DNA of 50,005 bases, filler included, from Streblomastix strix (lineage: Eukaryota), in assembly GCA_008636045.1 (NCBI GenBank). It is 2 parts of 2 records of this genome, joined end to end, with 100 filler letters (N's around TTAATTAATTAA, not from the genome) between each part and the next. Parts side by side here need not be neighbours in the genome. Positions count along the whole stretch, not along the records: positions 25,061 to 50,005 come from SNRW01000220.1; 1 more part is not named here. One strand, given 5' to 3'. Below are positions 28,435-40,417 of the stretch, piece after piece (position 1 is the stretch's first letter; each line of letters begins with the position of its first letter). Under the pieces are notes generated by a model that saw only the letters and a program-made list of their open reading frames with translations, was not told the DNA's origin and did no database searches. Made by a program: the position numbers and the translations under genes.

Positions 28435-31094
28435 ATGAGCAAAGACAAAGGTTTTAATTTTTATTTCAATTTTACTTTTTCTTCAATCTGTTTATTCAAA
28501 TAGATACATCCTAGCCATTCCAATTGCCATATTCATACTAATTATAATAACAACAATCTTCTCCTGCTTCTTCTATACAAATGAATACACAACAATAATC
28601 AGCATCATAACAATCTGCAAATGAAATTTATTCTGATCTTTCTCTTCCTCCAATACAATCAACATCAATTGAATAATTATAATAAGTGAATGAATAAATA
28701 AAATCTATCAAATAAGTTAAAAGAGGATCTTTTGAATTATTCAATAAACTTTCATTAGGTTTACGATGTGTTAGATCGATTGAAACAGAATCAGAAAATG
28801 AAATTACTGAAGAAATTCAAAATATGAACAGAGAAATAATTGAAAATATTATTGGAATGATAAACTTTATAACAATAAGAAATAAATAAGATGTGAATTC
28901 GGTAATTTAATCATAATTCTTAATTGAATATATTGATTTTATAAGACGTACACCATTTAATCAGATTACAAAAAATATGATTGAAGCATTAAATATAACT
29001 TGCACGAGAAGTTCTTTTGAATAAACGAACTTACTTTTCCGAATGGGAATATTTCAAATTCTCACTCCAAAACTCAAAAATTAAGATACAATTATACAAA
29101 TGTATATTCTTTCTATTTTAAAAATAATAATTTCAAATGGATGGAAACACACAAATTCAACAACTTAATCTGAATTTTCATCATTATTTTTATTTTCTTA
29201 ATCTCATTTACAACATCTTCTTCATACTACTTATCCACATCCTTATTTAGCTGAATTATAATAATAAGGAGTTATAAGAACAATAATTGAAGATATTTTG
29301 ATGAATGAATAAATTAATACTATAAATAAATATCTCACAAGTTTACTTCTTGATATTCTTTATCATGATTGTATTTATCTTTCAACTGATCTTAAATCTC
29401 TCATTATTTAATATTTCACTGATAAAACAAAATCAGATAATATAAATTATAGAAAAGAATCATTTGATTCATTATCATGTTTAGCTTTAAATTAAGGTAT
29501 ACAATAATGAATATTATAATATTTTTAATAATATTTATAAAATTTTCAATAATTTAAATATATTAAATATCATAATCTAATAAATTTCATTTTATATTTT
29601 TTATTCAGAATATCATGCTGAAATTATTAATGGAGGTGCAATTGGAATAGCTGCAGACTATATAAAGTATGAAATAATAAATTAAAAATTTTAATCATAA
29701 TATTTTTAATTTAATTAATTATATTTTCAAATTGCATAATTATATTATTTACTAATTTAGAAAAGAATATGAAAATGAAGGATAAGTTTTTTGGTTAATT
29801 TTATCCTGCTCACGCTTTCTTAATAACACATTCATCTTTGGAACAAAATAAACACAACAAATAATCAGAAATTTAATCTCATAAGAAATTCTCATAAAAA
29901 TTAAAGATAATTAAGATGTGAAATATCTTCTTAGTTCTTATTCAGATCCAGATACGATGAAAGAATTAATGATAATAAGAGGAGTTATTGAAAGAAGAAA
30001 TGAATAATAAATAATTGAGTTAATTAAAGCTGGACTAATGAAATTGCTGAATGAAATAATGACCAAAGCTGTTTAATAAGATTTTGAAGGAATGATGTTA
30101 TTTATTAGTGATATTGTGAAATAATTAGTCACAGATAATCCAGAAGTAAGCAGATTAATTCTTGAATAAACCGATTTCTTTGAATATAATATTAATCTTC
30201 TAAACTCTCTCACACTTAATAAAATAAAATAAGGATTCATTTCTCCACTATATGAATTCACTTTCAAAATTCCTAATGAACAAAAGAAGAAATTATTAGA
30301 AAAAGGAGTTGTTCATTAAATGATTAAATTATTTGAATCAGAAGATAAAAAAGTAATTGGAGAAGCTGTGTCAATTATTTTTTGGATAATAATTAAAGCA
30401 GAAAATAAAGAATTGAAATTAGGTTAATACCATCCATATAACCAAATACTAACAAATGATGGAACTGTTGCAAAATTGATACAGATAATACAAGATAAAA
30501 ATAAAGAAAATGTTCATTATTAGATCGCATTAATATTCTCAAATCTATTCAAAGCACTTCCACTTCCAGAAGACATCAAAAAATAAGTTCTTCAATAATT
30601 GAAATAATATAATCGTTTTGATGAAATTGCATATCTTGCTGAATGTTCATGTATTCTATTTATAATTCATATATTTTCAAAAATTATTTATTAATAATAA
30701 TTAAATATTTATTGAAATATTTATTTATTTATATATAGAAAATCATGATGTCATTCTATCTGATAATTTTGAAAATCAACTATTCAATGAAGAAGTTGAA
30801 TATGATACACTCTAATATCTTCGTCTCACAATTCTTCTACTTCAATTAGGATCCAATCCTAATAAAAAGAAAGTTGCCTTATCTGTAAAAGATAAAGTTA
30901 TTAGATTAACTATTGATGAATATGTTGATTAATTGGATGGTAAATATAAATGGGATGAAGATGAAATATAAGAAATTAAATGCAAATCCAGATAAGCAGT
31001 TTAATTGATAAAATCAATTGAAGAAGAAATTGAATAAGAAGGTGAATTTGAAGAAATGAATGGAATTTAATTTCGCAATAATGAAGACATTTGA
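28435..31094 (+). CDS. ARM/HEAT-like repeat protein related to the kinase-associated modules, no kinase domain
   Basis: ATG 28435, a short first exon and a Q/S-rich N-terminus. It shares motifs with 14450-21500 (NGWK, HPYL..L...G, DGTVAKL, LFKALPLP, LAECS). First in-frame TGA at 31092-31094; a coding-like acidic tail continues to about 31250. Confidence 0.75.
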
Positions 31095-32026
31095 GTGATC
31101 TAAGATGATTAATAAGATAAAGAAAATGAATATAATAATAATGAAGAATAAAATATCACTAATGAAGATAATAAAACTATTGAAAAAGATTTTGAATAGA
31201 AATGAGAATGAATAACAAATAAAAAATAATATAAGGAATCTGAAAAAATGAATATAATGCAAATTTATTAATTAATGTTATATACACTTCTTGACATTAA
31301 TATTAATTGAAGAAGAATCTATCTTAATCTAATCAATATATCTCATCCTCAATTTCTTTTTTATTATTCTTTGATTTTTTATTACAATTTTATCGAAGAG
31401 TTCTAGTTTTACATTTCAATATATTTTTCTATTTTACTTTCATATAAAAACAATAAAAATGTCTATATTTATATTTATAATAAACAAAAAGGAATTAAAA
31501 TTTATATTTGAAACAGAAATTCGATACTATTTTCCAATAAGATTAATAAATAAACAATAATTTTATTTATTTCGCACGTATTTCCATAAGAAGATGATAT
31601 TTCAACTTCAACCTACTTTAAAACTTTAATTATTATTATTTTCAATATAATTAATTATAAATATTTATATTTTACTCACAAAAAATGAAGTACAAAACAA
31701 ATTCAATACATTCAATAATTTTGCAAGCTTAACTAAAGAAAATATTTAAAATTTATATTAACTACTATATATTTATTTTTGTAAGTTATATTAACGGTTT
31801 TATTTAATAATTATTGAATGGAATATTTTTTTTTTGATACTCAAAAATTTAAATCGGATTTTTCTTGAACATCTGCCATATATATTTATTACTAAGTTAA
31901 TTTTAATTCTAATTATCTATTAATTAAATATATTATATTCTTCATTTTATTTAAATTTTCCAATTTCTATCTTATTTTTATCTTTATTTTTCATAATTTT
32001 ATTATTTTTTGTATAGAAAAATTATA

Positions 32027-33362
32027 ATGAAAGTTTCAAAGGAATATAATGTTGCTGGTAGTATTCTAGGATTAGGTCAGGATATTTTGCTTGAAGTTCT
32101 AACAGAGATGATGTATATTCCTGATGCGCAGTAATTTATAGGCGTCTGCAAGTAAACGTTTTTATTGAGATACCATGCATGATTTCCTTAGATATTAAAT
32201 TCATTAAGTGTGAATAATATTAATCTTACGTTGTTTATTTTAATTTTTAAATCATGTGATAAAGAAACATTTACTCCTCTCAATAGAAATTTAGCCTATG
32301 ATTATAAAGTGGACCATAACATATATATTCACACTTATGAGAATGTGAATGATTGCGCAATTCTTTTTGATCCAGTTATCAAAAGTGGTATTTATAGATT
32401 TGAAGTACTTGATATTAATAAATTAGTAGGTAATTTATAAACATATTATATAAACTTTAAATATTAAACATTTCATTGGTAAACTTATAAAATTATTAAT
32501 TTGATTGATTTAATATGTAATAATTTCATTGATTTTTTTATAGATATTGGTATTGCTGACGAATCAATTAACTTTAATCGAAATGAATGGCCTCATGCAA
32601 GAAGTATTTATTGTTTAATTTATTAATACAATAAATTTATTTGAATACTTATTTCAATATATATTTTGAATAAATCTTTATTATATATTACAAATGTTTT
32701 CTTTTTATTCAATATTAAGACTAGGATAAAATAGTTTCATATAGTTGGGAGTATATTTGTATTTATTATATATTAATTCTTTATTTCATTTATATATGTT
32801 TATTAGAGGTGATATTTCTCATTTCAAAACATCAATATATGGTAATGATGATTCTTATGAAAATTGTCGAATTGCAATGGAGGTTTGCAGTGAAAATAAA
32901 TGAATTAATTTATTGTAATTAATTTATTTCTCAATTTAAATTTCTTCGATTTTATTCTTTATATATTAGTTAAATATGGACATTAATCCTCGTACCCTCA
33001 CTTTCTTTATGAATGATCGCGAGTAGCCAAATTTTGTAACCAATTTACCAACTGCTATTAGATTTTTTGTGTGGTTAAAAGCTAAATCTATATTAAAATA
33101 AATATGGATTAATAATCATTCACATTATTTTATATATTATATTTATATGTCTTAGGCCTCCTTTTGGAATACATTAGCCTCGTTCGAAATACTCAAATTC
33201 GAAAACATATAATCGCCAAAAGCAAAACATGGGAAGAATACGCAAGGATGGGAATACGGATAAAAATGGGAGGTAATTGAAGAAGACGAGAAGATTATTT
33301 TAGAGGATGTTGAAGTTGATGATGGTCTCTTTTTGTTCTATTAAAAGATGTTTAAGAAATGA
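32027..33362 (+). pseudogene. F-box-like + SPRY/B30.2-like protein with early in-frame TGA
   Basis: MKVSKEYNVAGSILGLGQDILLEVLTEMMYIPDAQQFIGVCKQTFLL (F-box-like), then ILFDPVIKSGIYRFEV, IGIADES and IAMEVNMDINPRTLTFFMNDREQPNFVTNLP (SPRY-like). TGA at 32180-32182 where the paralogue has CGA (38427). Terminal TGA at 33360-33362. Confidence 0.65.
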
Positions 33363-33688
33363 ATATACATATCTGTTGTGAGTTCGTTTAATTAGGCAGT
33401 AATTAAAACTATTTAAAATTTGATTTTATTTTAATCAAATCTTAATTTTCATAATTTTTTTTAAAAAATCATCTATAATTAAATAAATAATCTTTGAATC
33501 TTACCGTTTTTTATCAGTTCTTATTATTTACTTCCATTTTATTTATTGCTTGATTTAAATAAAGTGTTAAATTATTAAAAATTGAAGAAAACGGTATTTA
33601 GTACAGATAAAATAGAAATAAATAAATATTTAGATATAAATTATATACTAAAGAAATATTACACTCAGATGAAAGATAGAGAACTCAC

Positions 33689-35626
33689 TCACATTTAATC
33701 GGTATAATCTTTTAATCTCATTATCGTATTAAGCACAACTAACGCATACGCTCTCAGGTTGTCAATCTCAAATATTGAAATAAATTGTCGAAACTGATGC
33801 GCGTTTATTTCTTCAACACCTCCAGACTCCTCGCAATCTTCTTCCACAACTTTTTACAGTATCGGAATAAGCACACAAACTTTTGACTGATTTCTGACTG
33901 AAATTAAAACCTGCAATATGCAGAAGAAAGCTCCATCATGAAACTCCCTTGATTCTTCCTCAGAACCTCCAGCAAGACCCAATTGCTCAACCAACGCGCT
34001 TAAAATATGAAATTGCTTCACAGTCAACACTTTTGAGAACTTGTTGAGGTAAGGTACAATTTAAATTAATATCTCATTACTTCTCCATCTTATCTCCTTT
34101 GCCATATTCATCCTTATCTTGTTCTGATGCTCCTTTCTCTCATATTTGGCCATCATAACAAGATTTCCTCCCAGGCCATCAATTACAGCTGTGAATACCT
34201 TCATAGTCCAGTTGTTGCACACAGATGCGTGGATTAGATGGACGGTTCCTAATCCGACTTCTGGAGATGGGATAATTTACTCTTCTGGTAAATTATCGAA
34301 ATTGTCATCAGAAGACGATTCGGAGGATGATTATTTGGATGATTATTATTGTTGTTGGATCCGTTTCTTACGAGATTAGCGACGTGACTTTGATTATTTC
34401 TGTTATTTATCGTATTTTTGATATTTTTTATTCAGTTCTTATAATGATTTGTTTAATCTTTAATTTCTGTCTTTCTCTTTCTGCTTCTATTCTTCAGTCA
34501 ACTAAAGAGATAACAAGAATTTGGATATGGCAAATTGAGTCTATTTTGTTTATCCATTAATATCCTAAAGAGATTCAGCAAAGTTATGGAATAGCATTAA
34601 CGGATGGTTAAATAAATTATGATCCTTTTGCAGCTACAATTTAGCTTCATAAGTAAAATCTTCATCTTTCTCATCATCTTCATCAGCATTTTTGTCTTTA
34701 TGAATCAGTTATCCAATTGCATTCATTGCAGATCCATGAAGATTTTGTACTGATTGCGAATATGGGATATCAATGCAATTAGCGCAATGCTTACTTCCAA
34801 AACATTGGAAATGTACAAAAGGACCGATTGCTTCATTAAGTTTGTATTATTCAATAAGGACCTTGTCATTATCTTCAAACAATATCAGGTCTTTTACTGC
34901 TTTGAAACTAACAGTCCCTTCTTTTACTTTTACTTCAATCTCTGATTTTTTATCTTCTGTTAATTCTTTATCTTATAATGTATTGACTTGCTTCTTCAAG
35001 TACTTGAATAAATGTCTAATATGGAAAATCATACATTTAACACAAAAATCAAAAATATCCTATTTGATTTTCTTCATCTTCTTTATTAATATGTATATCT
35101 ATACATATTTAACAACTGGATCAGTGTATTAAAATTCGCATCCATTCATCTTATTTGCAATCTTTTCTATCTCCATCTTTATTTTATCTTCAATCTTTTC
35201 AATTAATTTTGAACTGTGGAAGAATTTGAATAGTGCGTTGTTTTTGTTCCTATATGAAAGATCAGATCCTCGCTCAGCCAAAACAAGAACAACATCCAAC
35301 AACAATTTCTGCTCAGGTGATGTGCATTCTCCAAGTTATTTGCATATCTCATCATAAACCTTCTAACTGATATCGCATTCAATTTTATCTGGATCATATT
35401 CAGAGATGCTTTTTAGAAGTTGATTTGCATTCTCTATTTTCTGTTTCTTTGTTGCTGATTGAATTTATTGGAGGAAGATCAAAAGTATTGTTGTGACAAC
35501 TTCCCTCCTTTTCTTCTCACTTATATCAACATTGAAATTTTAGATTTCAGAATCTTTTTTCTCTTCTTCATCATCTTAATTTTCAACTTCGATCTTGCTT
35601 TTATGAAGATAAAGAGAAGTTTCCAT
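33689..35626 (-). CDS. Intronless hypothetical protein, 645 aa, mostly helical
   Basis: Single open frame under TAR=Gln from ATG 35626 (METSLYLHKSKIEVENQDD...) to TGA 33689-33691. No domain recognised. Contains HFQCFGSKHCANC and a C-terminal EEDCEESGGVEEINAHQF. Confidence 0.75.
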
Positions 35627-36312
35627 CCTATTTAAAAAATAAAATTAATTAATTATAAATTTGTTGTTTAACAATATAGTTATTAGAAATATAAAGAATA
35701 ATTGATTCAAATAAGTGAGTTATTTATTTTTAAATCACAAAAATCTTTTTTATTTCACTAGAATTCTTGTAAATAGTATTTTTGATAGAAAAATGCTAAG
35801 GCACAAAATACACCATAATATGTTAAGAATTCAGTAAAATAAGGGTGCTAAATTGTAAGATAATTTATTTTAAACAAAAATATTTCACTGAAAAGCAAAT
35901 TCATATGGAATACCGTGAGAAAATAGCTGGCAATACTTTGATTATTTTTTCAATTTTTTACCAATATTTGTTGTTGCAAAAGACTTTAACTTTAAAATAA
36001 TTTAATATAATAATAATAATATACATTTTAATTGTGAACTGAAAATGAACCAAATTTTGCTTAATATATGAGAATTTACTACTGGAAAATTCACAACATC
36101 AAAACACTCTATACTTCCAGAAATTATCAACATATTAGACATTTTTATATTCTATAATAATTTATTAAAATTATTTAAACAATTTTAAATTAAATGTCAT
36201 ATGATATATTAGTTACAAAGCTATTTTAGTTTTATTTAACAAATACATCAATATAATGTTATTTACCAACATTTTTCATATAATTAACGTTAATTCTAAT
36301 AGTTTGCCAACA

Positions 36313-37689
36313 ATGTCAATTTATGCAATTGGAGCTGTCTGCCGCGACCTAGTGGATGGCCAGTACGTACCTGGTAGTGGTGTATTATATGGTGGCGCGG
36401 CTCTCCTGGCACAAGGATAGCATATTAATGTTATTACAAAGGTTTATTTTATTTATATTCTAGGACTTAAACTTTATTTTAAAATTATTTATATATTTTC
36501 CAAGTGCAATGGTAGAGATTTACCAATGTTTGATAGTATTATCAGACATCCTCTCACTCGAACTTTCTCTGCAAAAGGCGCAAACAAACCCACGACAGAA
36601 TTTGAGGTTTATTAATAATTTATCTATATTTTAATATTTTTTATCAACAATATAATCAGAATATATACATCGATGGCACTTCAAACCGTGTCAGTGTAGT
36701 CCACGCACGCACAACAGAATTCACAAAGGACGAAATAAAATCATCGGTGGAAGAAGATGAAGACAGAATTTTCATTGTAACTCCCCTCGCAGGCGAATTC
36801 CCCGCTGAACTGCTTCCATTTCTTCGTTCTGATGTTGCTGCTAAAAGAATTGCAGTCGATGTGCAAGGATTTACAAGGCATGTAAACGAGTCTAACGGGA
36901 CGGTTGAAATCACGGATTGGGTCGAGAAGGAGAAATATTTGAGCTAAATTGATGCTTTGAAGATCGATAATAAGGAAGCTCTGGTACTTGTGGGTACTGA
37001 TGATATACTGGAGGCCAGTCGTGTGCTGCTTAAAATGGGTGTAAGAGATGTGTGATTTTAGTTTAGCTTTATTTTTATCCTAGAAAAATTAATTGTTTGA
37101 TTATTGCTTATCTTTTGTTTATATTAGTTAATTGTCGCTACATGCACTGAAGGTGTTCTTTTCACCAGAAGAAAGCAACAAACATAAAATTTAGACTAAA
37201 ATACAGATTAAACCTCCAAAGCAGAACCAAACCAGATAAAAAATGATCTTTAATCTGATTTCAGTCAATCAGATGATGAATATTAGTATGAATGGAGAAA
37301 ATGGGGTCCACCACTCACACCTGAGAGTAGAACTGGAAGAGGTTTATATTTATTATATATTATTATTATATATTAGAATTATTAAATGGTTTATGAATTA
37401 TTATTATAATGTTGATCATTGAACTATGTATTAGGTGATACTACGTTCTTCTCTGCAGTAAGCTTAATTTATGCTAATAGTACAGATTTAAAGGTATTAA
37501 TTAGTATTATAATTTGATTTTAATATTATATTATATATAATTTTTTCTATTTGAATATATCGAAATTCCACACAATAGGAAGCAGCAACTTGGACTGCAA
37601 AACTTGTTGAAGCAAAAATGCAGCACAAAGGAGAATTGCTTACATAGGATGTGGCTAAAGTCAAGGAATCTATTTTAATAAGAAAATGA
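36313..37689 (+). CDS. PfkB/ribokinase-family carbohydrate kinase (prokaryote-like), five introns
   Basis: MSIYAIGAVCRDLVDGQYVPGSGVLYGG, IAVDVQGFTR, DWVEKEKYLSQIDALKIDNKEALVLVG and the anion-hole motif SRTGRGDTTF, which is split by an intron. TGA at 37687-37689. Confidence 0.85.
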
Positions 37690-38273
37690 AAGAAATGCTT
37701 ATAAATGTTCTTGTTTTATGCCATTCTCACTCATTTTCATGTTTATTTTTTCTTAGTATTAAGATGATAGTATAACTTCACAACAACTATAAATATGGTT
37801 AAAAGTAAATTGTAATTCAATACAAAAATTTATAATGTATTTAATTAGTACAATATATAGTAAATTAAAATCAGAAATAAAAAATGAATTTCCACTCTAT
37901 ACATTTGAACGCTCTGAGTCTCACGTATCTTACATAAATAATCAATGGTCATCATAACTGTTATAGAAGCTTTTTTTTCTTAACATAAAAATGTTAATAT
38001 AATTATGAACCCGATTATATCAATATGAAAAAAACCGGTTATTTTAAACAAATCGTAATCCCTGTCATATTTCGAACATGAATCGAAATAAGAATAAATA
38101 ATGTTGTTAGTTATTATGCACGTTACCTCATTTATACAAATTTGGTCTTCATTACCTTTCTTTTTGATGCAATATTTCCCAATTAAAAAGTTCACCTTCG
38201 TTCTTTACCTTAATTAAATATTATGTATACGCTTAGAGTTTTAATATATTTTTTTATATTTAGAACTATCTCA

Positions 38274-39599
38274 ATGGATTGCGCTGATGATTACAACGTT
38301 GTTGGAAGTCTGTTAGGATTGGGAGAATACATCTTTCTAGAAATCATATCTGGGATGACACTTCCTCAGGATGTCAGATAATTTCTTGTAGTATGTAAAA
38401 AGTTTAATAAATTAAAAGATCATCCTCGATTTGCTAAAATAATATAATCGATAAGTATGAATAAATAATACCAAAAGAAAATATAAAATATTTTACATTT
38501 TTTATATTTTTCGTTTACCAATTATTATATTATTATTCATAATAAATTTAAAGTTCAAATACCGCCTGGTTTTATTATAAAAGAAGCATGGTAAGGAATA
38601 TCAGATAGAATGAAGTTCATTCATTCAAATTAGCTTGATTGTTGCGCAATCGCCATTGATCCTATTATAAAAGAAGGAATTGTTAGAATCGAAATAGTCT
38701 TTGAAAATACTAGAGATTGGCTTAGAAGTATGTTAATATGAATTAATAAATGTGAATATGATGATTATTGATTAATATAATATTATTATTACTTTTTTCA
38801 ATCCACAATATATTATATATATATTTTACAGTCATTGGCATTGTTGATACTTCTTTTTCTTTTGCTGCTGGTGATGGACCTCTAATTAATGATAGAAGTA
38901 TTTATTTTATATATAAATTTATTTAATTCTTATTTCTAAAATAAAATCTGATATTAATAAATTATAATATTTAATAATAAATTCTTTCTTTTCCTATTTT
39001 TTATTATTATTCATGTAACGCTTCATTGAATGCGACTTATGAAGATGGAGAAAAGACTGTTAGATATTGGGGAGAGTATGATTTATATATTTTTAACTTA
39101 CATTATTACTAACTTGCTTTTTTTGTTATATTTAAATCGTTTAAATTTATTATTAGTGGAAATTTTTGCCATGTTTTTCAAAATGCAGAAATAAATGGAA
39201 GATATAAAGATGGATAAAGAATTAGTGCTATTGTAGACATGACATCAAATCCACGTAAAGTTGTTTTCTACGTTGATGACATTGAGTAACCTAATTATGT
39301 GATTGGAATACCGTCTGAGATTAGATTCTGGGTTTGTTTGTAAATTAAATTAATTATTATTATCTTTAGGGAATTCATAATTATATAATTTGTATTTATT
39401 TCTAATTCCCAATCATTATTATTTAATTCCTATTTAATATTCAAAATTCATTAATTAATATTCTGTTTCATTCATTCAGGCATATACCCTCATTGAATCT
39501 TCTTCCTTTACTGTGACAAAATTTGAAAGACTAGTTTAATTCACTTCATAAAGAATTGCTGGATCAAAAGCACTTTAATGGGGAAAATAATGGGAATGA
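38274..39599 (+). CDS. F-box-like + SPRY/B30.2-like protein (paralogue of 32027-33362)
   Basis: MDCADDYNVVGSLLGLGEYIFLEIISGMTLPQDVRQFLVVCKKFNKL, IAIDPIIKEGIVRIEIVF, IGIVDTS and ISAIVDMTSNPRKVVFYVDDIEQPNYVIGIPSEIRFW. Intron layout is similar to the paralogue. TGA at 39597-39599. Confidence 0.75.
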
Positions 39600-40417
39600 A
39601 TAAATTAATGAAAAAGAATAAAATGATTAATATTATTCATTTTAATTGATTAAGTTTAATTCACTTAAATTCTAATCTTTCTATGATTTAATCGCGATTT
39701 TTTTCTAATGATCAACTTTCTATTTTTTCAAATTTTTATTAATTTATAATTTTTTTAAAATTATTATTCATGAAATATTTACAAATAATGCATATATAGA
39801 AAGCAAAATATCTAAAAAATGGAATTAATAAAGCTTCTGTTCTGGGTAACTAGATAAAGTACGCGCTTTGCTGCTAAATTTTTTTGTAGAAAAAAATATT
39901 AAAATTTTTTATATAAAATTGACTTTTAAAAATTTTTATGTAGAAAAAAAAATTAAAAACATGAAGTACTCCATGAAGATGAAGTAGCGGCAATTTTTCT
40001 TTTTACCCTGACTTACAATGAATTTTAATGGTACGCGCACGTGTACGGTATAGCTCAATTCCAACTCTTATAGAAAAATTCTGGGGCCTTCGAGTTTATT
40101 TATATATATCATAGATAATTAGTCAATTCTAGGAAATAAATTATTATATAATCATCATTTTAATACAAAATTATCAAAATAGAAAATGATAGTGATATAG
40201 TTTCCGTTAGAAGCAAAATTCTAAAAAAATATATTTTATTTGTTTATTTAATATTATAAAAGTCTTTTTTTTATATTTCAGTATTTCTGAAATTATTTTT
40301 TATACCAATAAAAAATTCATTTAGAAATCTAAACAATAAAAAATAGTTTTATTTAATCATTTTCGTTTTTTTTTTTATTCGTAATTTATCATTTGCTCCA
40401 TTTTATTGATAGTTGAA

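Noticed and set aside
39840..40100. Repeated gtacgcgc and tttgtagaaaaaa motifs upstream of the aminopeptidase
   Set aside because: Too short to call a promoter element or MITE; no terminal inverted repeats or target-site duplication were identified.
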